A stretch of DNA of 63,514 bases, the filler included, from Octopus bimaculoides (Eukaryota), in assembly GCF_001194135.2 (NCBI RefSeq). It is 6 parts of 5 records of this genome, joined end to end, with 100 filler letters (N's around TTAATTAATTAA, not from the genome) between each part and the next. Parts side by side here need not be neighbours in the genome. Positions count along the whole stretch, not along the records: positions 22,017 to 30,864 come from NC_068982.1; positions 30,965 to 39,927 come from NW_026370633.1; 4 more parts are not named here. The stretch is one strand, 5' to 3'. Below, in pieces: positions 24,938 through 37,659 of this stretch; within the stretch, counting starts at the first letter, position 1, and each line of letters starts with the position of its first letter. The notes under the pieces are model-generated. The model was not told the DNA's origin, did not search any database, and was given only the letters and a program-made list of their open reading frames with translations. A program made the position numbers and the translations under genes.

Positions 24938-25678
24938 TACTTTGCAGAGTGGTTGGTGTTAGGATGGTTATCCAACTGTAAAAAACATGCCAAAACAGAC
25001 ATAGTAGCTTGGTGTAGTCTTCTACTTGGCTGGCTTCTGTCAAACTATCCAACCCATGCCAGCATGGAAGACTGACGTTAAACTGTGATGATGAAACATA
25101 TTACATATACCATATATACTCAAGTAATAGTAAAAGTTGAACTCCCATTTTTAGCCAAAATATTGGGAATTTTCCAAAGACCCCCATATAAAAGTTGACC
25201 CTAGTATTTCACAAACAACAGGACAACATTTGTGAGTCAAGGTATCATATTATCCTGTGCGTAGAAATAATACTGTTACAAAATTGTGCGGCTACCTTAC
25301 TGTAGCCTGCTCTATAGGTGGAATGCTTTGTGCTTGTAGCAGCATGTTCAGTGCTTATAGTAATACACCATTTAATAGTGAACATTACACATCTGTTAAT
25401 GGGTGCTACATCACTATTGCTAAAATGTATGCACAGAATATGCAGCAAGCCTGCATACATCTTGAAGTACAATAAACACATGCATCATACACTTGTTGTT
25501 TACATGGTGAGAAACAGGTTTCAAATACAATAAACACATGCGTACGCTTGTCTGCTTACATGGTGAGAAACCTGTTTCACAGATAGCACTATCAGCAAAC
25601 AACAGCAAACATCACTGTATGAATTCGTACGGAGGCATGACTTCGGTAAGCCTAAAAACATTTAGTTAATTGCTAGAT

Positions 25679-25798
25679 CAGTAGTTCCCAAACTTTTTTT
25701 TGCCATAGAATCCTTCAACATTATTTTTTAAATCATGGAACCCCTGATAACTTTCAGGGAAGCCTGGGGTTTCGTAGAACACACTTTGGGAATCCCTG
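25679..25798. mobile_element. hAT-type MITE
   Basis: TIRs CAGTAGTTCCCAAA / TTTGGGAATCCCTG. The flanks tgctagat/ctccagat resemble a decayed 8-bp TSD. Confidence 0.65.
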
Positions 25799-26630
25799 CT
25801 CCAGATTAACAACTCTACACCATATTATGGACATTAACTGGTAACTGCACATGACATCCTGCATCTTTTATTTTTGATTTCTGTGGGGCACAACATATAT
25901 ACAGAACACAGCATACTGTTTACCTTATGATGTGAAACACGCTGAGTAGGTATCAGCTGTATGCACCATATTACAGTAGGTAGTGGCATGCTGGTATAGG
26001 GTAGATACGTTACCGGTGGTAATATAACATAATTATGAGATATAAATTGATTTCACTCAACTAGTCTGTTAAGTTTGATGGATACAAATAAAAAAAGAAA
26101 ATGTAAATATTTATAAGAGCTACGTGGTCGTGTTTAAGGGTTTTGTTATTTACTAGCACATGTGTTTTGATGCATAGAATTGGTAATATTACTGTAATTC
26201 ATTGTGTTTTGGGTTTTATTTGCTTAGAGTCAGTTGGGCTTCTGCTGCTGATATGGTACTTCAGATTCTAGCTTGAATTTCAGCTCCTCAAAAGTAATAC
26301 TCATGTAATAGTCAACCCCACAAATTTGACTTAAAAAAGGTCCAAAAAATTTGACTTTTACATGAGTATATACAGTATATATATATGTATATAATAATAT
26401 AGATTTAATCAAAAGATTAAATGTGGTACTTAAAATGTTTGAAGCACCAGAATTTGGTAGGGTAAAAACCAAAAACAAAATCAAGAGATTTGGTGAATAA
26501 AATTTGAAGAAAAGCAACAAAAATTCAATAGGTTATAGGAGTACGTATGTTTCGTACAAGCTCCATTTATTCATGTAGTGAGAACACTACATAAAATGTA
26601 CAATGAAAATGTACTCCTCAGCTGCATAAT

Positions 26631-26872
26631 GGAATTTCATTTTAGAAAGTCATTTTGTAGATGTGTGCAAAAAACAAGAGTAAGAGAAGAAAACATACCA
26701 TCTCGACTATGCTGCTGTTTAACACTACCCCTTCAATTAGATAATATAGAATTTAAATTCTTGTTTGATTCACTAGACTGTTGAACAGCAGCATAGTCAA
26801 GATGGTATGTTTTCTTCTCTTACTCTTGTTTTTTGCACACATCTACAAAATGACTTTCTAAAATGAAATTCC
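26631..26872. repeat. Long palindrome (~93-bp arms, ~55-nt spacer), right arm running into a gap
   Basis: ggaatttcattttagaaagtcattttgtagatgtgtgc... is the reverse complement of ...gcacacatctacaaaatgactttctaaaatgaaattcc. Confidence 0.9.
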
Positions 26873-27594
26873 NNNNNNNNNNNNNNNNNNNNNNNNNNNN
26901 NNNNNNNNNNNNNNNNNNNNNNNNNNNNNNNNNNNNNNNNNNNNNNNNNNNNNNNNNNNNNNNNNNNNNNNNNNNNNNNNNNNNNNNNNNNNNNNNNNNN
27001 NNNNNNNNNNNNNNNNNNNNNNNNNNNNNNNNNNNNNNNNNNNNNNNNNNNNNNNNNNNNNNNNNNNNNNNNNNNNNNNNNNNNNNNNNNNNNNNNNNNN
27101 NNNNNNNNNNNNNNNNNNNNNNNNNNNNNNNNNNNNNNNNNNNNNNNNNNNNNNNNNNNNNNNNNNNNNNNNNNNNNNNNNNNNNNNNNNNNNNNNNNNN
27201 NNNNNNNNNNNNNNNNNNNNNNNNNNNNNNNNNNNNNNNNNNNNNNNNNNNNNNNNNNNNNNNNNNNNNNNNNNNNNNNNNNNNNNNNNNNNNNNNNNNN
27301 NNNNNNNNNNNNNNNNNNNNNNNNNNNNNNNNNNNNNNNNNNNNNNNNNNNNNNNNNNNNNNNNNNNNNNNNNNNNNNNNNNNNNNNNNNNNNNNNNNNN
27401 NNNNNNNNNNNNNNNNNNNNNNNNNNNNNNNNNNNNNNNNNNNNNNNNNNNNNNNNNNNNNNNNNNNNNNNNNNNNNNNNNNNNGCAAAGGGAATGAAGT
27501 TTATCTGTATAATCTTTGCTTGGTCGGATACGGAGAGTGTTCGTTTTTGGTAAGGTGAGAATTCTGTTTATTTATATATGTTTTCCTGAACAAT

Positions 27595-27656
27595 ACTATG
27601 CTGATGAGCGGAGTCTAGATTCATTCTAGTAATCGCGAAGTCGGTCGATACATAGT
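27595..27656 (+). ncRNA. Hammerhead-like motif with a non-canonical GAAG core
   Basis: ACTATG-CTGATGA-GCG...CGC-GAAG-TCGGTCGATA-CATAGT. Helix I (ACTATG/CATAGT) is perfect, but GAAA is changed to GAAG. Confidence 0.45.
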
Positions 27657-28640
27657 TGAGTTATTTAAAAGAAAGTTGGTCTTCTGTTGGTTGTTTTTCC
27701 TCGCATTCGGTACTAAATGTGTTTATTTTGGGAAGTCCAGTGTGTGGCATTATTCTGTAGTAATGCCCCTTATATAAATAATATATATATATATATATAT
27801 ATATGATGGGCTTCTTTCAGTTTTCATCTATCAAATTCACTTACAAGGCTTTTATCAACCCAAGGTTATAGAAGAAGACACTCGCCCAAGGTTCCACTCA
27901 GTGGAACTGAACCTAGAACAAGGTGGTTGGGAAGCAAGCTTCTTACCACACAGCCATGCTTGTATAAATTTGATTTATAAATATTTCTGCTTTGAATTTA
28001 CCACATTTTTACTTTTTATTTAGCTGTAATTTTAATTTACTCATATGATGCACAACAAAGTTAGATTAATTTGAATTGTGAATCATTATATGTATTTCAG
28101 TGTATTCATGAATATGAGTGAGTTTATTTCATTTTGTTGATGGCAGATTTTTCCTTTCCTAGTTTTCTTCAAAGACAAATTCTAATGTCCCATTCTGTTT
28201 TACCTTTATGGTACTCATATCTTATGTATATTAAGTTCAACTGATAAATAATCCAGTAATTTGCACAATTTTTCACAATTAAAATTTTGTTGTATACATA
28301 TTGAATTTTAGCTCATAACTCATTTTCTATGCTGATGTTAAAACAAAATTTAAATAATATATTTTGTCGAATTTATTTGCATTTACCCATCATTAGATTC
28401 ACATTGAGACAAAATTATGAAGCAAATCTGGTTAAGAACCTTTTTTTGTTAAATGGTCTTCCAAAAATCACATTAATATGTTGATAAATAAAAAGATGAG
28501 AGTTATTTTATGAATTTAGATACCAATCTAAATTCAAAATTATTTCAGAATTTAATTGAAACATATAAGGGTTAGAAATATAGTAACAAAAGGGTTAAAT
28601 TTAATCTATGGAGATATCAGAATGACAGGAAAAGAATTAC

Positions 28641-28736
28641 CTCAAATAAGCAAGCTGTTAGTTCCTCCAATTCCTGACCCATTTGATCCCGAACTTTAGA
28701 CAGTTTTTCACATTCTTCATCTTTTAACTCCAACTC
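28641..28736 (-). CDS. RAB3IP: Rabin8/RAB3IP (Sec2-type Rab GEF) coiled-coil exon
   Basis: Minus strand taattttag| ... |gtaatt, 96 nt, phase 0/0. [32 protein letters not shown] matches RAB3[34 protein letters not shown]. Not present in the supplied ORF track. Confidence 0.92.
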
Positions 28737-29756
28737 CTAAAATTATTTAAAATAAATAAAACCATTCAAATAAAGAATTTTAAAAAATGAACTCCAAATA
28801 TAAGTTAATGTATAAATTTTAATCAGTTTTATGAGTTTTAGTTATATACTACCTTGTTTAATTCATATTTTTATTTTTATTTTCCAACAAGTCTTATTAT
28901 GAGATGAATTCCAAATCTTAAAAGCAATTTGTTGAATTAGTGTTGCTGTTGCAATTAGTTTCTGAGTTTTCTTCCCCGTAGCTGCAGGCACATTTTGTTG
29001 CCTTCAGAGGCTTAAAATAAACACTTTGTAAAGTATAATGGTGGTTAATACCTTAGATGGTGAAATAGAATTTCAAGATATGTATTAACCTTCTCCAAGC
29101 TGCTTTTGTAATTTGTCACTGAGTTATCTCCCCTGTAGCTGCAGGTTAAACTCAGAGCAAAGAAAATAAAATGCTTAATTAAGGTTAGAGATCAAAAGAG
29201 GTTAGCTAGAAGCCCAATAGCAGAGACATAACATTCCCACTCTTACCTGCAGTTAAGGTAGAGGAGAAGAATTACTTCTTTACAATCTTCAAAATTTAAG
29301 AGAAAACTAAGTTTCTTAAACTCTTAACCCTTTAGCATTTAAACTGGCTGTATCTGGCCCAAGTATTCTATTTATTTTATTTTGTTAAAGTTATTTCTAC
29401 ATATATTCTATAGAAATTATAGCAGGCACTGATTTTTGTTACGTTTCGTATCGAGACATCAAATGTAAACAATGAGAACAAAAACAAAAATGGGTAATTA
29501 GTGTTTATGTCATATTTTGGGGTTTTTTGCCCCTTCATCAGCACCCATCTAACCCATTCTCACCTCCCAATACATTGCTTATAGAGCCATTGCATACAGC
29601 GGTGTTAAGTTATTGGATATACCAATTTATATATTTTATGGGAAAAAAATTTCTTGAAAAACAAAAAAGAATTCAACAAAATGCTCTATTGAAAAAATAT
29701 CAACCAATATTAAACTTTAAAAAGAAAGAAACAAGTAGGTATTTCTTTAAAAAAAA

Positions 29757-30345
29757 TTATAATCTTTCGTAGTGGCGTCTCCAAACCACCTTCTTTGCAG
29801 CCTCGTTTAGTGCAAGCGTACCGTCATCCATGCGAACACATTTCTCTCCCACGACATCCCGATTCTCTCTCACACACTGTCTTGCAACCTGAAATACCTC
29901 GAGTCTTTGGTCTTCATGGTGCAGAACATTGGCAAATTGTTTCTTATCTGCTTCCCCTCTGGCTAAATGAACCTGTCGCTTAGCTTCCCTTCTGGCAGTC
30001 TGATACAATTCCCTGCTACCACCGTTCTTCCAGTCCTTCCAGGCCTGTTTCTTTTCCCTAATTGCCCTGTCAACAATATTGTTCCACCACCACGTTATTT
30101 TGGGTCGAGAGGGGACTTTGCACTATCCACAGATCTGGTCAGTGGCCCTCAGCAGGTTGTCCCATAGAAACGTCCAATTGTCTTCTACATCGTGTGAAGC
30201 TACATCCCCTTCTATTTCGTCAAAGGCTTCGAGTAATAAGTCTCTAAATCTCTGTCCATTCGCAGGATCTTTGAGCTTCAGACCCTTCTCCTTCAAGCTG
30301 GTCATCTTCTGGGCAACCACTTAGCCCCAATACTGAATTCACTAA
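29757..30345 (-). mobile_element. RTE-clade LINE fragment (endonuclease-RT linker region)
   Basis: LKDPANGQRFRD...WTFLWDNLLRATDQICG and ARREAKRQVHLARGEA...VWRRHYERL, with frameshifts. Confidence 0.7.
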
Positions 30346-30529
30346 CTACTAGTCTATGTTGTGGGGTACATTCTTCACCAGGGAATCTTTTGGCATTTAT
30401 AAGCAGCCATCTTTCCCTTTTTCTGGCGAGGATGTAGTCATAAAAGGTTAAATTTAAATAAGGTGTTTTCTATTTTGCTTTTGACTTACGTGATTATTGA
30501 TTATTGTAGAGAAGTTTAACTGTGAGGTT

Positions 30530-30864
30530 TAGGCCTAGAAGCAATCAAACACTGGGTTGAAAAACAGAGAGAACGGATAAATGATCGCTTCAAAACTGAC
30601 TTCATCACCAAGGCCACACATCTAGTGCTAGAGGAAAATACTTTTAAATTTGACAACAAAACATATCGGCAGATAAAGTGCACGGCTATGGGTACGCGAT
30701 TTGCACCCTCATATGCAAACTTAGTTATGGGATACTTAGAAGAAAAGCTCTATGAGGAAGTGGAAAAAACCTTTGACCAAGAATACAAACAACATATCAT
30801 TAAGAAATGGAAACGCTTCCTGGATGATTGTTTCATTTTTGGGGGAAAATCGACTGAAGATCTA
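30530..30864 (+). mobile_element. Penelope-like element reverse transcriptase fragment
   Basis: VLEENTFKFDNKTYRQIKCTAMGTRFAPSYANLVMGYLEE...WKRFLDDCF shows the PLE AMG and RxxDD motifs. Cut by a linker. Confidence 0.85.
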
Positions 30865-30964
30865 NNNNNNNNNNNNNNNNNNNNNNNNNNNNNNNNNNNN
30901 NNNNNNNNTTAATTAATTAANNNNNNNNNNNNNNNNNNNNNNNNNNNNNNNNNNNNNNNNNNNN

Positions 30965-31021
30965 CGAAGGAGCCGATCTCACTGTCCGATGTCTTTGTGC
31001 CACTGGAGTCTGTTGAACCAG
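30965..31021 (+). CDS. GGA: GGA adaptor, hinge/GAE boundary exon (5' end cut by linker)
   Basis: KEPISLSDVFVPLESVEP(G)|gtaaaa matches GGA SL.DVFVPLESIKP. Confidence 0.85.
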
Positions 31022-31334
31022 GTAAAAGCATCACTCTCTCTGTCTCTCTATCTCCATCTCCCTCTCTCTGTCTCTCCCTGTCTCCATCTCCCTCTCTCTG
31101 TCTCTCTATCTCTATCTCCATCTCCTTCTCTGTCTCTCTCTCTCCCTGTCTTTCTCTCTCCCTCTCTCTGTCTCTTTCTCTCCCTCTTCCCCTGTCTCTC
31201 TCTGTCCCTCTATCTTTGTACTCTGTGTCCAAAATCTCTATCTTTGTACTCTGTCTCCAAAACCTTTATCATCATTTGCAAAATCATTTCTTTCTAACCC
31301 TAACCCTAACCCCATGCTTTGGGTCTTCTTTCAG

Positions 31335-31498
31335 GAACTACTCCTCCGATCAATGCCTACGAAAAAGACGGTCTAAAGATTGTGATACATTTTGCCAAGA
31401 ACAAACCTCGACCGGACGTCCTGGTGCTGGTCGTATCTGTGATGAATAGTGGTTCAATTCCCATTCGGAACTTTCTCTTCCAAGCTGCTGTCCCGAAG
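31335..31498 (+). CDS. GGA: GGA GAE (gamma-adaptin ear) domain exon
   Basis: tctttcag| ... |gtaaaa. (G)TTPPINAYEKDGLKIVIHFAKNKPRPDVLVLVVSVMNSGSIPIRNFLFQAAVPK; the RPDVLV.VVS and QAAVPK motifs are GGA-type. Confidence 0.93.
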
Positions 31499-32354
31499 GT
31501 AAAACACCAGTTTCCACACGATTTTCGTTCTAGGGTTGTAGCAACTGTTATTTCCTATCTGCCAGGGAAATGTCGAGCTGTGTGTGCTTGTCCTGTCACC
31601 ACTGCTTGACAGCCAGGGGTTGGTTTATTCAACTAAAGACCCTTCGAGGCAGTGCTCCAGCATGGCCACAGTCAAATGATTGAAACAAGTAAGAGAATAA
31701 AAGAATAAGGCGTAGGCATGGCTGTGTGGTAAGAAGTTTGCTTCCCAACCACATGGTCCCGAGTTCAGTCCTACTGCGTGGCACCTTGGGCAAGTGTCTT
31801 CTACTATAGCCTCGGGCCGACCAAAGCCTTGTGAGTGGATTTGGGGATTTGGTAGACAGAAACTGAAAGAAGCCCGTCGTATATATGTATGTGTATATAT
31901 ATACATATATATATATATATATAGGCATAGGAGTGGCTGTGTGGTATGTAGCTTGCTTACCAACCACATGGTTCCAGGTTCAGTCCCCACTGCGTGGCAC
32001 CTTGGACAAGTGTCTTCTACCATAGCCTTGGGCTGACCAAACCCCCTTGACGGAAACTGAAAGAAGCCCGTCGTATATATGTATATATATGTGTGTGTGT
32101 GTGCTTTGCATTTGTCTTTGTCTCCCGCACAGCCGTTGTCGGTGTGTTTATGTCCCTGCCCACATAGCAGTTCAGCAAAAGAGATCGATAGAATAAGTAA
32201 AAAGCTAAAAGATATACGACAGTGCCTTGTTGTTGTTGTTGTTTGTGGGTGTGTGCCGGGTCAGGTGAGATTCTGTCTCTCTCCACCCCCCCCACCCCCC
32301 AGTTTTCGTTTGCTGTCACTAAAGCATGTGTTGTTGTTGTTGCTGTCCTTTCAG

Positions 32355-32465
32355 ATGATGAAAGTGAAACTCCAGCCTCCGTCAGCGACAGATTTGCCTT
32401 CCTTCAACCCAATCTTACCACCAGCGGCCATCACGCAGGTCATGTTGCTAGCCAACCCTTTGAAG
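32355..32465 (+). CDS. GGA: GGA GAE domain exon
   Basis: cctttcag| ... |gtaaac, 111 nt. MMKVKLQPPSATDLPSFNPILPPAAITQVMLLANPLK matches GGA3 MKVKLQPPSGTELSPFSPIQPPAAITQVMLLANPLK. Confidence 0.94.
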
Positions 32466-33692
32466 GTAAACCGCAACCCCTATTATNNNNNNNNNNNNNN
32501 NNNNNNNNNNNNNNNNNNNNNNNNNNNNNNNNNNNNNNNNNNNNNNNNNNNNNNNNNNNNNNNNNNNNNNNNNNNNNNNNNNNNNNNNNNNNNNNNNNNN
32601 NNNNNNNNNNNNNNNNNNNNNNNNNNNNNNNNNNNNNNNNNNNNNNNNNNNNNNNNNNNNNNNNNNNNNNNNNNNNNNNNNNNNNNNNNNNNNNNNNNNN
32701 NNNNNNNNNNNNNNNNNNNNNNNNNNNNNNNNNNNNNNNNNNNNNNNNNNNNNNNNNNNNNNNNNNNNNNNNNNNNNNNNNNNNNNNNNNNNNNNNNNNN
32801 NNNNNNNNNNNNNNNNNNNNNNNNNNNNNNNNNNNNNNNNNNNNNNNNNNNNNNNNNNNNNNNNNNNNNNNNNNNNNNNNNNNNNNNNNNNNNNNNNNNN
32901 NNNNNNNNNNNNNNNNNNNNNNNNNNNNNNNNNNNNNNNNNNNNNNNNNNNNNNNNNNNNNNNNNNNNNNNNNNNNNNNNNNNNNNNNNNNNNNNNNNNN
33001 NNNNNNNNNNNNNNNNNNNNNNNNNNNNNNNNNNNNNNNNNNNNNNNNNNNNNNNNNNNNNNNNNNNNNNNNNNNNNNNNNNNNNNNNNNNNNNNNNNNN
33101 NNNNNNNNNNNNNNNNNNNNNNNNNNNNNNNNNNNNNNNNNNNNNNNNNNNNNNNNNNNNNNNNNNNNNNNNNNNNNNNNNNNNNNNNNNNNNNNNNNNN
33201 NNNNNNNNNNNNNNNNNNNNNNNNNNNNNNNNNNNNNNNNNNNNNNNNNNNNNNNNNNNNNNNNNNNNNNNNNNNNNNNNNNNNNNNNNNNNNNNNNNNN
33301 NNNNNNNNNNNNNNNNNNNNNNNNNNNNNNNNNNNNNNNNNNNNNNNNNNNNNNNNNNNNNNNNNNNNNNNNNNNNNNNNNNNNNNNNNNNNNNNNNNNN
33401 NNNNNNNNNNNNNNNNNNNNNNNNNNNNNNNNNNNNNNNNNNNNNNNNNNNNNNNNNNNNNNNNNNNNNGGGGGGGGGGCGTGTGAGTGTGGAGAAGGAT
33501 GGACACTAGTCATATTATTGTCTTTATGTATACATATACACACACACACATGTATGTATATATATATATATTGATATATATATTTACATATATATATATA
33601 TATTTATTTATATATATGTACACATACACACACATATATATACTTATATAAATGTAGACACATGTATACATGCATAGTTATATATATATATA

Positions 33693-33725
<33 letters not shown>

Positions 33726-33788
33726 GAGTGAGTGAACAAACGAAAGAAGGGCACCCAACCAATTTATTGGGAGTTACATGTAGGGATC

Positions 33789-33921
33789 AAAACAGTTTGA
33801 TTCAAATTTGTTGGTACTCTGAGTTTTGAGTGTGATGCTAGTCTTCAACCATTCAAAATAGCTGAAGACTAGCATCACACTTAAAACTCGGAGTACCAAC
33901 GAATTTGAATCAAACCGTTTT
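33789..33921. repeat. Palindromic MITE-like repeat (~58-bp arms); single-arm relatives at ~12697-12770 and ~36005-36076
   Basis: aaaacagtttgattcaaatttgttggtactc...gctagtcttca pairs with tgaagactagc...gagtaccaacgaatttgaatcaaaccgtttt. Confidence 0.85.
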
Positions 33922-35049
33922 GGACGATGTTTATAATAAAAGATAAAAACCATTTATGATTTTTCTCAGGTGGTCAGCATGAAAATTAAAAACCTTACAG
34001 GTAAATTTTCTAAATATTATATTAATGATTATATCAGAAATCAAGTCTCTCCATATGCTGGAAATAGGCACCAAATGATGCTCAAACCACCTTAAAAATC
34101 TCCAAAAACACAGGTTGTAAAAGTGCAAAGGAAAGATAAATCAAATTAGATCTAAGACACAACTTAACAAAAATTTAAGGTAAGTAGCTTGCTTACCAAC
34201 CACATGGTTCCGGGTTCAATCCCACTGCATGGCACCTTGGGCAAGTGTCTTCTACTATAGCCTCGGGCCGACCAAAGCCTTTGTGAGTGGATTTGGTAGA
34301 CAGAAACTGAAAGGAGCCCGTTGTATGTATGTATGCGTGTATATATGTTTGTGTGTCTGGGTTTGTCCCCCCACCATCGCTTGACAACCGATAGAATAAG
34401 TACTAGGCTTACAAAGAATGAGTCCTGGGGACGATTTACTTGACTAAAGGCGGTGCCCCAGCATGGCCGCAGTCAAATGACTGAAACAAGTAAAAGAGAG
34501 AGTATCTTTCTTATGTTTGCTTACAAACCTATGTTTTTGGAGTTCTTAATGTGATTTTAGCATCTATTTCTAGTACATGGAGAGGCTTATTTTCTGAGCC
34601 CTCGTTATAATTATGCATGTAATCATTAATATATATTTATATACATACACATATACACACGTATATATGTAACTGTGTGAAAGCAATCATTTTTGTTCAG
34701 TAGTATTAGTGTGTGTGTGTGTATGTGAAGGTGTGTATACATGTGTGTGTTTATATGTATATATAGATGTATATACTTACACACACACACATATATATAC
34801 ACATATATACAGACACAAATAGGCCAACCCTAGACTCCCTCTCTATCCCTCTCCTCTTTCAAAAATATAATAATAATGATAATAATTACAGTAATATCAA
34901 TAATAATAATAATAATGATAATGATAATAACAACAATTATTATTATTTTATATTTTGTTTATAAAAGGTTTTTGTTTTTGTTTGCGTTCTAGAGTTTTTA
35001 AAATAAAAACTGAACTATGTTGCCCTTGTGTGTGTGTATTTATATATGT

Positions 35050-35083
<34 letters not shown>

Positions 35084-35111
35084 ATATGTTTATGTGGTAT
35101 GTTTATGCATG

Positions 35112-35143
<32 letters not shown>

Positions 35144-35190
35144 CATATATGTACGCAGGCATATACACACATCAGAGAGCATTTTGATTA

Positions 35191-35243
<53 letters not shown>

Positions 35244-36080
35244 GGTGGGTATGTGCATAGGTTGGTGCAGCTTATACATATATACATTTGTTTGTGTCCA
35301 TGTATGTGTGCGGGTATTTACATGCAAGTATATAGGAGTGTGTGTGTATATAAACGAGTCCCTGTGTATACATATGTATTATTAAATACATAGTTATGTG
35401 TCTATGTTATGTATGTATGTATATATATATCTATATATATATCTTTTGATACATATATACATACTACATATACATACTACATATATATATATATTAACTG
35501 TTGAACTCAAAGTAGCAAAACCTATAAGTAACAGCTTGAAAATATTGGGTCGGAGAGCTCTTTTGGATTGCTAATGTCGAAAGAAAGCTTTATTACATGT
35601 GCTTCGAGATTCACTGTTCCGAAGACGAAATTATTTGCTGTTCCCTCCAAAGTTTTATGAAATTTTTGTGACGTCAACAACTGCATCCGATTCTCGCTGG
35701 TTAAGAATGAAGACTATGAACTGGCTAGAGAAATTCAAAGGGCTGCTTTGGTGCAGTGGTAAAAAACGCTTTGATATATCTGCAGGATGCGTAGGTTCAA
35801 GTTCCACTAGAAGCCTATGACCCCCTTTCTATCCAAAAGGGGTTCTTTTTTCAACTCAATATTTACATATCGTTATCTACTCTGAGTTCTACCGAGGAAA
35901 ATGAATTATTATTCTACATCCCTTAAAGTTTTTAAATTATAACATAAACTGTATAAAATATATATTATACATACATGATTTGAATATTATATATTCAAAT
36001 TTCTAATAGCTGAGAATAGACATCATCTTATGCTTTGAAACTTTAAGCACCACAGAATTTGAATCAAACTGTTTTGACCC

Positions 36081-36113
<33 letters not shown>

Positions 36114-36734
36114 AATACATACATGTATGTGTATATATAATATACATAAATATGCATATAAATGTGTTATATATATATATATATATCAATACACACATAC
36201 AGGCACATGTATGTATGTGTATGTGAGATAGTATGTGTGTGTGTGTATGTATATGTATACATATGTATATATATGTAGAGAGAGAGAGAGAGTGGAGATT
36301 ACTACCAGTTGCAATCTATTCAGCTGTTTAATTAATTACTACAAGAAATGAGATTGTTAATAAAGTTGATTTTTTTTCCTTTTTTTTTTTTCCATTTTTT
36401 TGTTTTTGTGTTTTTATTTCTTTTTCCTGTTGCTGTTGTTTAAGCCCGAGCCAAACCCTGAACCAGCAGACCCTCTGATGTCAAAAGTGATCCAGTCTTA
36501 GCCGACATGTCTTCATCTTATGTCTTGAGAAAGCACAACACCATATACCCATGGGCAATTATAAAGTGAATTTTAGGGCTTAGAATCATCATCATCATCA
36601 TCGTTTAACGTCCGCTTTCCATGCTAGCATGGGTTGGACGATTTGACTGAGGACTGGTGAAACCGGATGGCAACACCAGGCTCCAATCTAAATTTGGCAG
36701 AGTTTCTACAGCTGGATGCCCTTCCTAACGCCAT

Positions 36735-36960
36735 GTATTCCTAGTATTTTATCTTTTCTTAAAACTGGTTTCCGTATTACGTTTACATCTGCACCAGGTC
36801 TGCTTAGGAGGTTATTGTGTCCAAGAATACGTGCAGCCACTTTTAATTTTCGTATCTTCCACTGGTGTTCCCTGTCGATTATTCCAACTAGCAGCTGGTC
36901 TCCATATTTCCATACATGATCGGCTACACCCGATCTTTCAACATCCTCTTGTGTCACAGC
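36735..36960 (-). mobile_element. Penelope-like GIY-YIG endonuclease C-terminal remnant
   Basis: SGVADHVWK...IIDREHQWKIRKLKVAA...NLLSRP resembles the PLE endonuclease tail. Confidence 0.6.
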
Positions 36961-37659
36961 TCAACCATATATATATATAATATGTACGTGTGTATATGTA
37001 CATATATATATGTGTGTATATATATAAATCTGTATGTATACAGGGTTGGTATATAGAGAATTACGGATGGTGTCTACGGAATTTTGATTTGATGTCGGGT
37101 GACTTTTGGCCATACCTGCATATGAGCTTACAGACAGAGTTGCTTCCCTTGTTTGTACCCATGTTCATTACAGAGTTATGTCCCTTGCAATTCGTAACGT
37201 TTGGGCAATTTTCGTTGAGTCAAAGTGAAGCAACATCGCTTCTTTCCAAACCTACCTGCATAAAACATTATCATATATAATATTAATAATGATTTCATTT
37301 ATTTGCCTCAAGGGCGGAGGATGAGGGGGCACAATACAGCGACAGAATAAAGTGTGTGTGTTTAACGAAAGGATAAAAAGATGAAACAAAAATAAAGTAT
37401 AAATAATTATAATAATTCTTGCTTTGCGGTATTTCGTCTGCCATTACATTATGAGTTCAAATTCCACCGAGGTCGACTTTGCCTTTCATCCTTTCGGGGT
37501 CGATAAATTAAGTACAAGTTACGCACTGGAGTCGATATAATCAACTTAATCCGTTTGTCCCCTCTGTGTAGCCCCTTGTGGGCAGTAAAGAAATAAGAAT
37601 TTGAACTCAAAACACGAGGATTGATCAAATGCCGCTAAGCATAATAATAATTACAAGTA

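Noticed and set aside
26230-26330. Minus-strand ORF end ...ELKFKLESEVPYQQQKPN* as a RAB3IP exon
   Set aside because: No similarity to the expected EAHKMVREAN continuation and the splice signals are weak.
1617-32465. Apparent cluster of membrane-trafficking genes (PLSCR, CLCN6, RAB3IP, GGA)
   Set aside because: The genes are separated by artificial linkers and their orientations leave no room for the missing exons. Only the PLSCR-CLCN6 tail-to-tail arrangement lies within one segment.
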